A stretch of DNA of 64,000 nucleotides, taken from contig CBDDEL010000011.1 in assembly GCA_965226885.1 (NCBI GenBank), positions 128,001-192,000 on the forward strand, written 5' to 3'. Source of the DNA: Opitutales bacterium. Lineage in GTDB: Bacteria; Verrucomicrobiota; Verrucomicrobiia; Opitutales; UBA2987. The notes below the pieces were generated by a model. The model saw nothing but the letters and a program-made list of their open reading frames with translations, searched no databases and was not told the origin of the DNA. Within the stretch, counting starts at the first letter, position 1; each line of letters starts with the position of its first letter. This document shows, one piece after another, positions 42,991 to 53,066 of the stretch. The translations under genes and the position numbers were made by a program.

Positions 42991-44492
42991 AAAGCCCCTC
43001 CTGGAATCTTGAGCAGTTCGCTGTAGGCACCGAGGTCAGGGGCGGCCACACGGACGTGACGCAGGTGTGGATGGCCGTCCAGCCGGAAGGTTCTGCTCCC
43101 GTAGTCTTCCTGAGGATAGAGATACTGGGCGATGGCCTCACGAGTCAGTCCCCCCACCCGCAGGGCCGAGACGACGGCCTGCTGCAAGGCCGCCATGGGG
43201 TGTTTCTCCAACAGCCGCAGCACCCGGATATACTCCCGGGTGCCTTCGCCCCCGCATTGGCTTTCGAGCCGGCGTCTGAGGACCTGCAGGCACTGCGGCA
43301 ACTGCCAGCCCGAGAGTGGGCGGGCGAAGTCCAAAGCGCCCGGTTTTTTCTCCAGCAAAGCCAGGTAGTGCACCGGCTCGAAAGAGACTTGCTCTTTATC
43401 CCAAATGCGGCGGTGCCGGGCCACCTCTTGGCCCCCACAGAAGATCACCACCTGCCGACAGGACCCTTCCACCACCACCGGATGGTGGGCGCAGCGCACC
43501 GGCACCGAATAGTCGTTGCACTCGAAGCGCACCAGCGAGAGGCTGCTGACGCAGGTCGAGCGTTTGCGGCTCGCTTCAAAGGGTATGGGCGGCAACGCCA
43601 GCATGACGGCGCGCTCCTCGGCCAGCAGTTCCTTTTTCACCGCCCTTTTCCCGCGTAATTTACGCTCCATGTCCCGCTCACATGCCTCCAACAGCTTTGC
43701 GTTGAGTTCCTCCAGGTCCCGAACCTGCGGTACCGGTACCAGGAAGTTGGCCCGGGCATAACGCACGATCCCCTCGACCACGCCCTTCTCGTTGGGCCGG
43801 GCGGGCAGACAGAAGTGTTCCTCGAACAGGTAATGGCTCTGTAGCTGCAGAAACCCGTCGGTCAGCTTGCGTTCACGCGAACCGATAATCTTACCCACCG
43901 CCACCTTCGAGTTGTCATAGCTGATGCGCCGGGGCACCGCCCCGAAAAACTCAAAAGCTCGCAGGTGCCCCTCCCAGAAGCTCTCCGTGCACTCCCGTTC
44001 GAACACCTGCACGAAAAAGGCATCGCTGTAGGGCAGGCTCATGGCAAAAAATGGCCGCCTACGCAATTGCCCCGCCTCCTTCACCAGGGCATGACCGAAG
44101 TCCACCTGTCCCTCCCCGGGGCGGTGCTCCAGCGGCACGAACACTTCCCGCCGCCTCGCTCGCAGCTCGGCCACCACCTCCTTGACCGCCGTGTAGCCCC
44201 CTTGGTAGCCCTTCTCCCGACCCAAACGCTGGTAGATCCGTTTGGCCGTATGGCGCTGCTTCTTGGGCACGTTCCGGTCCGCTTTGAGCACCTCCTCGAT
44301 CCAGCCCACATACGGATCGATCTTGCGCTCTCGCCTCTTCTTGCGCCGGTCTCCCGGCGGCTGGGAATAGGCCAGCATCTTTCCCAGGGTCTCCCAGTGC
44401 AGTCCCTCTTCTCGCATTACAGAGCGCTTGCTCTGCTTGTCCCGCAGCACTTTGTGCCGCACTCTTGTCCATTGCTTCATATCTCGATACAC
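42987..44492 (-). CDS. istA: IstA transposase (intact, 501 aa)
   Basis: HTH plus DDE motifs QVDFG, YDN, EKGVVE. Confidence 0.95.
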   Translation of the reverse strand: MYRDMKQWTRVRHKVLRDKQSKRSVMREEGLHWETLGKMLAYSQPPGDRRKKRRERKIDPYVGWIEEVLKADRNVPKKQRHTAKRIYQRLGREKGYQGGYTAVKEVVAELRARRREVFVPLEHRPGEGQVDFGHALVKEAGQLRRRPFFAMSLPYSDAFFVQVFERECTESFWEGHLRAFEFFGAVPRRISYDNSKVAVGKIIGSRERKLTDGFLQLQSHYLFEEHFCLPARPNEKGVVEGIVRYARANFLVPVPQVRDLEELNAKLLEACERDMERKLRGKRAVKKELLAEERAVMLALPPIPFEASRKRSTCVSSLSLVRFECNDYSVPVRCAHHPVVVEGSCRQVVIFCGGQEVARHRRIWDKEQVSFEPVHYLALLEKKPGALDFARPLSGWQLPQCLQVLRRRLESQCGGEGTREYIRVLRLLEKHPMAALQQAVVSALRVGGLTREAIAQYLYPQEDYGSRTFRLDGHPHLRHVRVAAPDLGAYSELLKIPGGAL

Positions 44493-44566
44493 TCCTCCTT
44501 TCTAGGATAAGCGTACCGGTTTTAAAGCGCCCTCTTTACCGTACCGGTTTTTCCCCGGCGTTTACA

Positions 44567-44638
44567 TATGAAAAAGGCCAAATCGTTGCTCAAGATTATA
44601 ATGAGACCATCAAGTGGTATAAACTGGCTGCAGAAGTG
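44567..44638 (+). pseudogene. Single Sel1-like repeat remnant
   Basis: YEKGQIVAQDYNETIKWYKLAAEV matches the YxxGxGVxQDYxEAxKWYxxAA consensus. Confidence 0.7.
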
Positions 44639-45028
44639 GGTAGTGTTAACATTTTGAATGTTTAAGCTGTACTTTTTAGCGTGATTATGTTGTGAACTGG
44701 GAATGGTCCATATCACAGTAAAATGTCCTCAATGCGGAAGCGATCACATCATCAAGCACGGCAAGGATCCGAAAGGGGTTCAGAAGTATCGATGCAAGGG
44801 GTGTGGTTATCAGTTTCGGCTTCACCCCAAAAGTCGTGAGCATCCTCCGGCGCTGGTCAAGCAGGTGCTCCGTGCGCACCAAAACCGGATGAGCCTGCGT
44901 GCCATTTACCGTACCTTCGGGGTAGCCCCAAAGACGGTCATCGAATGGATTAAAAAAAAAGTCCTGAGTTTGCCGAAGCTGGAGTCCACTCTGCTTGCCC
45001 GCCAGTGTAGTGATGTGCTGGAACTGGA
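44639..45028 (+). mobile_element. IS1-family element A, truncated (insA 44703 plus start of insB)
   Basis: GGTAGTG left end; CPQCGS...YRCKGC zinc ribbon; A-run slip site; ends at DVLEL where the next IS begins. Confidence 0.8.
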
Positions 45029-45834
45029 GGGAGTGTATAAAAAAAGAATGTTATTTTGTATTTTTAGCTGTACAAATAGCGTTAGGCAGTTTATTCTTAG
45101 TGCATGGTTACTAAAATTATTAATTGTCGGCACTGTGGAAGTGAAAATATCATTAAATTTGGCAAGACGCCCAACCATAAACAGCGCTACCGCTGCCATG
45201 ATTGTGGTAAACAAAGCCGCGAAAACCCCACAGTGAAATACACCGAAGAGCAAAAAGAAATGATCCTTCGAGTCTATCAGGAACGCAGCAGTCTACGCGG
45301 TTTACAGCGCGCCTTCGGGGTGAGTCCCAACACCGTTTTGAGTTGGTTAAAAAAAACGACAATCGCTGCGACCGCTCAAAAGCACGATTCTTGCGGCCCG
45401 CCGCCATGATGTCATTGAACTGGACGAACTGTGGTCTTTTGTGGGGCGCAAGAGCGATGCCCAATGGGTTTGGATCGCTCTTTGCCGACGCACCCGTCAA
45501 ATCCTCTCCTATGCCATTGGGCCTCGGGATTGGTATCGTTGCCGGGAACTTTACGAGCGTCTGCCACGGGCCTACAAAAGATGTGCCACCTACAGCGACT
45601 TTTGGAGCACTTATGATGAAGTGATGAAGTCTTTCCTCATAACCGATCCGTGGGAAAAGAAACCGGTGAAACGGCCCATGTGGAACGATGGAACAATACC
45701 CTGCGCCAACGACTGGGTCGTTTCACACGCAAAACCCTCTCCTTTTCCAAGCTTAAGAGTATGCATGAAACCTGTCTGAGACTTTTCATCAATATAATCA
45801 AGAATTAGCCACCATTCCTACTTAATACACTACC
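45029..45834 (+). mobile_element. IS1-family element B, copy 1 (insB inactivated by an 8-bp duplication and a 4-bp deletion)
   Basis: GGGAGTGTAT...ATACACTACC ends; insA 45104; [25 protein letters not shown]; compared with the copy at 63250. Confidence 0.88.
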
Positions 45835-46093
45835 GGAATACGCAGGTGTCGCCGGTGTCGGGATCATACTGCACCATACGGTTATTGGGGATGTCGGAAA
45901 TAACGACCAGGTTCTGGCGCGGCAGGTATACGGGCCCCTCCATCCACTCACCGCCGCGTCAATGGTGGACAAGTTGGGGGTTTTCCGGCAATAGCCGGTC
46001 AAACCTGGGGTCGTAAGACTCAAAGCCTTCTCTGAGCTCTTCAGAAGATTTTTGGCTTCTGTGGGTGGGAAAAATTTTGGATTCAGCCGTCAT
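45835..46093 (-). pseudogene. SMP-30/gluconolactonase family 5' remnant with nonsense TGA
   Basis: DPRFDRLLP...HH*RGGEWMEGPVYLP...ISDIPNNRMVQY, cut by IS1. Confidence 0.75.
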
Positions 46094-46130
46094 TATTTAT
46101 TTAGTTTTGTAAATCTAAATTAATTAAAGG

Positions 46131-47282
46131 TCAATTGTGTATCCATTTGGATGGCGAAAAAGCTTCGAGTCTGAAATTTGTTGAGCCTTTGGTGGCGAAG
46201 TCAGCCAGAATTTCCCCGATGACGGGGCAGAATTTGTAGCCGTGGCCGGAGAAGCCGACGCCCAGCACCAAATTCTCATACGCGGGATGTGGACCGAGGA
46301 TGAAATCGCCTTGGGGGCTTTGGGTGTAGGGGCATGTGACTGAATACAGACAGGGCCCCGTTAAGGCGGGGATGGTTTCGGCCAGGCAACTGCGCATCTG
46401 TTCGATATCGTCCTCCGTTACTTCCCGTTGGATGGTATCCGGGTCGCAGGGTGTGCCTTTGTTGTGGATGGCTATCTTGATCCCGTTTTCCACCTCGCCG
46501 TCGTAGGGGAATCCGTAAAACTCGGTGCCATCTTCCACTTTCCAGATGTGAACGGGGAAATGTTCGGGCAGGAATGGTTCAATGCCGCATTTGGGCTGGA
46601 ACCAATGCAGGACCCGTCGTTCGATGCTCAGGGGCAAGCGCAGTTCGGGAAAAAGTTTGGCCGCCCACGGGCCCGCCGTGACGATCAGTTTTCCGGCGGA
46701 GTAACGGCCTTTGTCGGTAATGACTTCGATGCCGCCGCCGTTGGGATTTTTTATCCATTTCAGGAACGATTCATCGGTTCCGATTTGAGCGCCGTGTGCG
46801 ATTGCATTTTCGAGGTGGGCCCGGATGGCTTTTTCGGGGTGAACGAATCCTCCTTTTTTCTCGAAAAGACCGGTGTAGTTGTCGTTGGGATTGAAAACTG
46901 GAAAACGTTGCCGGATCTCGCTGGCGGTTAAAATTTCGTGGTCAATACCGTGAGTTTCAGCGCTGAGGCGGCTGCCTTGAATGATTTTTCCATCCGTTTT
47001 ACCGACCATCAGGCAGCCGGTCTGTTTTAACAATATTTGGCCGGATTGGCGGGAAAGTTTTTCCCAGAGTTCGTAGGACCTGAAAAGGAGCGGAACATAC
47101 TCGGGCCCCTCGAAATAGGCCTGCCGGATAATTCGCGATTGTCCGTGGCTTGATCCCTGGGTGTGGGGCGGGCTGAGGCGGTCGAAACCAAATACCTTTA
47201 CCCCTCGTTCAGCCAGGTGGCTGAGGGCGGCGCTGCCCATGCCTCCCAGGCCGCAGACGATGATATCATATGTTTTGGGCAT
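46131..47282 (-). CDS. solA: N-methyl-L-tryptophan / monomeric sarcosine oxidase family FAD oxidoreductase
   Basis: G.GGMGSA, GSSHGQSRIIR.AY, C.YT, GFSGHGYKF. Confidence 0.85.
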   Translation of the reverse strand: MPKTYDIIVCGLGGMGSAALSHLAERGVKVFGFDRLSPPHTQGSSHGQSRIIRQAYFEGPEYVPLLFRSYELWEKLSRQSGQILLKQTGCLMVGKTDGKIIQGSRLSAETHGIDHEILTASEIRQRFPVFNPNDNYTGLFEKKGGFVHPEKAIRAHLENAIAHGAQIGTDESFLKWIKNPNGGGIEVITDKGRYSAGKLIVTAGPWAAKLFPELRLPLSIERRVLHWFQPKCGIEPFLPEHFPVHIWKVEDGTEFYGFPYDGEVENGIKIAIHNKGTPCDPDTIQREVTEDDIEQMRSCLAETIPALTGPCLYSVTCPYTQSPQGDFILGPHPAYENLVLGVGFSGHGYKFCPVIGEILADFATKGSTNFRLEAFSPSKWIHN

Positions 47283-47353
47283 GGCAAGGTGTCAGGTTGA
47301 AGGATGTCGCTTCGCTCGGTACAGGTGTCAGGGTTTGGAATACTTTCCCTTTT

Positions 47354-47857
47354 CTATATCACTTTTATTTCCTGATTGGCGAGGTTGGTTAGGGTTTTTC
47401 CGGTTAGTTGGTTGACGATCCATTCTTTTTTTAGCTTTGCTCCGAGGTTGACGTAGAAGTCGATGGCTGGCTGGTTCCAGTCCAGTACGGCCCATTCGAA
47501 ACGGCCACAGTCGTTATCGCGGGCATGTTTGGCCAGGTAAATGAGGAGGGCTTTGCCGATGCCTTTGCCGCGGTAGGCGGGCTTGACGAAGAGGTCTTCC
47601 AGATAAATGCCGGGGCGGCCCAGAAAAGTGGAAAAATTATAAAAAAAGAGAGCGAATCCAGCCGGCGCTCCCTTGTAATAAGCGAGGAGAGCTTTGGCCA
47701 CCGGGTTTTCTCCGAAAAGGTTTTTTCGCAAAATATCCTCCGTCACGACGACCTCATGGAGCAGTTTTTCATACTCCGCCAAATCTTTGATAAAAGAAAG
47801 AATGAGGGGGACATCTTCAATCGCAGCCTGTTTGATGTTAAAATCCGGAGTGGTCAT
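47354..47857 (-). CDS. GNAT N-acetyltransferase (diamine acetyltransferase-like)
   Basis: LAEYEK, FSTFLG..GIYLEDLFV, RGKGIG, EWAVLDWN.PAIDFY. Confidence 0.9.
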   Translation of the reverse strand: MTTPDFNIKQAAIEDVPLILSFIKDLAEYEKLLHEVVVTEDILRKNLFGENPVAKALLAYYKGAPAGFALFFYNFSTFLGRPGIYLEDLFVKPAYRGKGIGKALLIYLAKHARDNDCGRFEWAVLDWNQPAIDFYVNLGAKLKKEWIVNQLTGKTLTNLANQEIKVI

Positions 47858-48121
47858 TGAAATGGTAAAGGATCATTCCCAGTCGCTTGGGACGAGGGAA
47901 GTTTATGGAATGATGAATACCCTTGAATCTCAAAACAATCTAATAATTATTTTGAATATTAATCCGTTTTGAGGTTCCTTGAAGTCAAAAATCACGTATT
48001 GATCCCATTATCCTCTCCCGAGTGTATTTGCATTGTTATGTTTTGTTAACTTCTACTATGATAGTATCTTTCTGAATATTTGTTTATCAGGCTTGCTATA
48101 TCCAGGTCATGAGTATCGATA

Positions 48122-50745
48122 TGATGTGACCGCCAAAAACACGACCATTGCCAGTGAGAGTCTTTCTGTGAAAATTACCGGAAAGACCTATAAAACAAAA
48201 AAGATACACACCTGAACAGATCATAACGATACTGCGCGAAGTAGACGCGGGCAAAGGCATCCAGGATGTCTGTCGGTTCCACAATATTAGTCCTCAAAGC
48301 TACCATCGTTGGCGTAAAAAGTATGGCCGCATGGAGTTGCGTGACGCCAAGCGGCTGAAGGAGCTGGAGCGCGAGAACACGCAGCTTAAGAAGATAGTAG
48401 CCGAGCAGATGCTGGAGAACCGTGTGCTCAAGGAGGTGAACGCAAAAAAATGGTAGGCCCGAAGCAGAAAAAGGAAGCGGTGAAGCATGTATTGGCCCAA
48501 GGGTCGTGCTCGCTGCGTCGGGCCTGTCAGTATTTTGGGTTGCACCGCTCAACCTATCTGTATGAACCCAAGAAAGCTATTGAGTACTGAGTATAGGCAT
48601 AAACTGGTGGCACGGATCATTGCCTTTTCGAAGAAGCATCCTCGCTATGGCTATCGTCGAATCCGCGCTTTATTGGCCCATGAAGGATGGCCCGTGAGTC
48701 GCAAATTCGTCCAAAAGGTGCGTCGTGTCGAAGGACTGGGTGTGCGCCCGCCACGCAAGCGCCGCCGTAGGCAGGGTCAATCTACGGCTTCCCCGACACG
48801 GGCTGTAAGGCCCAATCATGTATGGAGCTGGGACTTCGTGGTCGATCGCACTGACCGGGGTGGCCCGCTCAGGCTCATGACATTGATCGATGAGCATACC
48901 CGTCAATGCCTGGCCATTAAGGCAGCTCGGTCACTGAAAAGTGCCGACGTGGTGGAGGTCTTGAACGAAGCCATAAAGGACAACGGCAAACCCCAATGCA
49001 TCCGCTCGGACAACGGATCGGAGTTTATAGCCCACCAAGTCAGAGGAGAACTGCAGCGCCAGAAGATCGACATCGTATACATTGATCCTGGAAGCCCTTG
49101 GCAAAATGGACATATAGAGTCCTTTCACAATCGCCTGCGCGATGAATGCCTCAACCAGGAACTGTTCCTAAGTGACGTGTACTGGATTTGTTGGACACGG
49201 GATTCTCTTATATTCATTGTTTATTGATTAGTGTGTCAGGCGGCTTGTTTTGGTAAAGGGTTTTGTTTTCTCGTTGCCCCCCATGGGGGGCAAATATTTT
49301 CCTCGAATTGGACTGGGCTTTGGTAACTCAGAGAGGAATGTTTGCGATATCGGTTGTAGAAGATTTCCACGTATTCGAAGACAGTTGATCGCAGTTCGCG
49401 CTCGTCGGCAAAGTGGCGGCCTCGAATCGTGCTGGTCTTGAAGCGGCCGTAGAACGATTCCATGGCCGCGTTGTCGTAGCAGTTGCCTTGGGCGCTCATG
49501 CTCGGCTTCATGCCTAGTTCAGAGACCAGCCTCTGATAGTCGTCGCTGGCGTAGGGGCTGCCCCGATCGCTGTGATGAATAATCCCGGTGCGCAGTGTGC
49601 CGCGGGTCATGGCCGCGGCTTTGAGGGCCTTGCCAACCAGCTTCGCGTCGTTGTGGTTGGAAACGCTCCAGCCCAGCAGGCGTCGGCTGAACAGGTCCAT
49701 CACCGTGGCCAAGTACATCCAACCGGCCAGGGTCCGTAGGTAGGTCGTGTCCGCCACCCAGACCTCGTCGATATGGGTCGGCTGGCCATGCTTTTTAAGC
49801 ACATTGGGGCTGTAACCATAGGGATGGTTACTGTTGGTTTTTAATGGCTTAAAGCGTTTACTCTGGGTGCTTTTGATTCCCATTTCACGCATCAGACGCA
49901 GAGCCCGGTCACGGCCGCAATCGATGCCCTCATCATCCTTCAGATGGCGGTGCATTGGCCGATGCCCATAGCGGCCCTTGGCCTCTTTGTGTACCTTCAG
50001 GATCGCCCCCTTGATTCCCTCGTCCTCGATCCGCCGGGCCGAGGGCGCTCGGTGCCTCCAGCAGTAATAGCCACTGCGACAAATCCCCATCGCCGAGCAT
50101 ATTTCCTCGATCTTGAAGCGCCCCTCGTTGTCTTTGACAAACTGGTACTTCATTGTTCGTCCTTGGCAAAGTAGCCCACCGTTTTTTTTAGTATCTGGTT
50201 GATCCGCTCCGAGCGGCGCAGCTCTTTGCGAAGACGATCTATCTCGGCCGCCATCTCCTTCGGACTGCTCTGTCGCTTTGAGGTGGCTTCGCCCTGCTGA
50301 TCGTCCAGATAGAGCCTCTTCCACCTATACAATTGGTTGGTGTTGACCCCAAGTTTGGTCGATACCTCGGTGGCGCTCAGACCATCGAGTATCATCAGTT
50401 GAACTGCCTCATTTTTGAACTCTATACTAAAGCGTCTTCTTCCCATGCTTCGATTCTCCATTTAGGAGAATCTCGTGTCCACTTTTTCCAGTGCACATCA
50501 TAAGCGTGACCGAAGCGCGTGTGGTGATCGAACAATGGCGACACAAATACAACGCCGGACATCCCCACAGCCGATTAGGCTTTCTCTCCCCCAATACATT
50601 CGCCAGACTCTGGCGAACAATCAACAAAGCAGCGGCTGGCTCCATTCGGCCTACGGCCTCACTCCGCCACCCCCTGCAAAACCTACAATACCAAACCTAC
50701 GGAAATACTCTCACTTAAAGTGGTAGCAAAGATGGGGTCCGATCA
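48122..50745 (+). mobile_element. IS3-family element (type 1) copy A, degenerate and interrupted
   Basis: TGATGTGACC...GGTCCGATCA ends; orfA start mutated ATG>ATA; 7-bp duplication frameshift near 48580; no TSD. Confidence 0.88.
49173..50500 (-). mobile_element. IS3-family element (type 2) nested in copy A; orfA 50150-50455, orfB 49236-50153; TSD TAAG
   Basis: TGACGTGTACTGGA...TCCAGTGCACATCA; TAAG at 49169-49172 and 50501-50504; W.ADTTY, HSDRGS.Y, DNAAMESF. Confidence 0.93.
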
Positions 50746-50901
50746 ATCTCGCCGAGTTGAATACCATTCGGTGAGGATTCTCTCTTGAGATGGTCGTAAT
50801 GGTCCCGTCTCACTACGTCTATCCAATAAATCGTATATTTCGACTGGATCGACTTTTTTAGGAATATCTTGTTTCTTTAATCGTTTCTTAAAATCAACCA
50901 T
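50746..50901 (-). pseudogene. 5' remnant of a probable SF2 (DEAD/DEAH-type) helicase
   Basis: AGGAG RBS, then MVDFKKRLKK...LDRRSETGPLRPSQERILTEW (Q-motif-like); cut at the IS end. Confidence 0.5.
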
Positions 50902-50914
50902 CAATTAACTCCTA

Positions 50915-52199
50915 TGATGTGACCGCCGAAAACACTACCATTGCCAGTGAGAGTCTTTCTGGAGAAATTACCGGAAAGACCTATGAAGCAAAAAAGATAC
51001 ACCCCTGAACAAATCATAACGATACTGCGCGAAGTAGACGCAGGCAAAGGCATTCAGGATGTCTGTCGGTCCCACAATATCAGTCCTCAAAGCTACCATC
51101 GTTGGCGTAAAAAGTATGGCCGCATGGAGCTGCGTGGCGCCAAGCGGCTGAAGGAGCTGGAGCGCGAAAACACGCAGCTTAAGAAGATAGTAGCCGAGCA
51201 GATGCTGGAGAACCGTGTGCTCAAGGAGGTGAACGCAAAAAAATGGTAGGCCCGAAGCAGAAAAAGGAAGCGGTGAAGCATGTATTGGCCCAAGGGTCGT
51301 GCTCGCTGCGTCGGGCCTGTCAGTATTTTGGGTTGCACCGCTCAACCTACCTGTATGAACCCAAGAAAGCTACTGAGTATAGGCATAAACTGGTGGCACG
51401 CATCATTGCCTTTTCGAAGAAGCATCCGCGCTATGGCTATCGTCGGATCCGCGCTTTGTTGGCCCATGAAGGTTGGCCCGTGAGTCGCAAATTCGTCCAA
51501 AAAGTGCGTCGTTTCGAAGGACTGGGTGTGCGCCCGTCTGGCAAGCGCCGTCGCCGGCAGGGCCAATCCACGGCTACCCCGACCCGAGCAGTGCAGCCCA
51601 ACCATGTGTGGAGTTGGGACTTCGTGGCGGATCGCACCGACCGGGGCGGTCCGCTCAGGCTCTTGACACTGATCGATGAACATACCCGTCAATGCCTGGC
51701 CATTAAGGTTGCGCGCTCACTGAAAAGTGCCGATGTGGTAGAGGTATTGAACGATGCCATAAGAGAGAACGGCAAACCTCAGTGCATCCGCTCGGACAAC
51801 GGATCGGAGTTTATAGCCCACCAAGTCAAAGAAGAACTGCAGCGACAGGAAATTGCCATCGCATACATTGATCCAGGAAGCCCTTGGCAGAATGGACATA
51901 TAGAATCCTTTCATAATCGTTTGCGCGATGAATGCCTTAACCAGGAACTGTTCCTGAGCGTGACCGAAGCGCGTGTGGTGGTCGAACAATGGCGACACAA
52001 ATACAACGCGAAACACCCCCACAGCCGATTAGGCTTTCTCTCCCCAAATACATTTGCCAGACTCTGGCGAACAATCAACAAAGCAGCGGCTGGCTCCATT
52101 CGGCCTACGGCCTCATTGCGCCACCCGCTGCAAAACCTACAATACCAAACCTACGGAAATACTCTCACTTAAAGTGGTAGCAAAGATGGGGTCCGATCA
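50915..52199 (+). mobile_element. IS3-family element (type 1) copy B, apparently intact; orfA 50983-51249, orfB 51243-52172; TSD CCTA
   Basis: CCTA at 50911-50914 and 52200-52203; WSWDF, RSDNGSEF, PWQNG.IESF. Confidence 0.94.
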
Positions 52200-53066
52200 C
52201 CTAGTGGAAATGAATCAATTTACAATAACAAAACTATATTTAGGCGGCAATTACACCTCGATTATAAGGTATATTATTTTTACGACCGATATTTTCAATA
52301 ATAATTGTGATAATTTGACGAAGAACTGGACCGCAATGTGATTCCTGGAATAGAGCAAATGAGGATTTGTGAGGGGATATTTTTTGGTGTGGCTTGGGGT
52401 CCAGGGGTTTTACCCCTGGCTGGCGAATGTTGCCCTTTTAGGGCGCTGGATACAGGATGCGGGCTGGGGGATTTTTAAACCCGAATGGACGCTGATTTGG
52501 TTGGTGTCAGATTCCCGTAGCTGTGGCTGTATCTGTACCGGTGTCGGTGTAGAAGTCTGGGGGGGTGAAGGTGGATAGGGCGCTTATGTCGCTGAAATCG
52601 ATTCGGTCCACTTTGTCGTAGATTTCCGTCCAGGTATCGATTTTGAAGGTGGGTTCGCCACCGTAAAAATCTGCCAGGCCTTCGTCGTAGTGAAAATAGA
52701 TTCCACCATTCAATGTTATGTTGTTGGCTACTGCCGCTCCGTTGAAATTAGCGTTGCCGCTTATGATCACATTGGCATTGGGGGCATATACGACAGCGGT
52801 CATGCCTGCCCCTCCGTGAAGAGAGATTTGTTGGCGATCATCCCCTCCCGCAATGTCGGCTTCAGACTGGGTGCCATAAACGACCAGGCTGTCGGAATCC
52901 GGATTCGCGTTGTTGATAGTATTACTGCCTTGGTTATGTCCCAAGTCGCCGCCTACATAAATGGTGAGGGTACTTCCGGCGTTAATAACAACATTGGATA
53001 GGTCGACATCTCCGGAAACAAGCATGCGGATGTGGCCGTTAATGGTCAATATGGAGTTCTGACCCA

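Larger units (their letters stand above)
42050..44566 (-). mobile_element. IS21-family element, copy 2 (2517 bp), no TSD
   Basis: Near-identical inverted copy of 26699-29217; flanks CCCGGA / TATGAA do not match. Confidence 0.95.

Noticed and set aside
26699..44566. Composite transposon or inversion bounded by the two inverted IS21 copies
   Set aside because: Copy 1 retains its own matched TSD inside DUF1800, so it inserted independently and has not exchanged flanks.
23783..45961. Stop-codon reassignment or readthrough explaining the in-frame stops
   Set aside because: The stops are of three kinds (TAA, TAG, TGA), and all three terminate normal core genes in this window.
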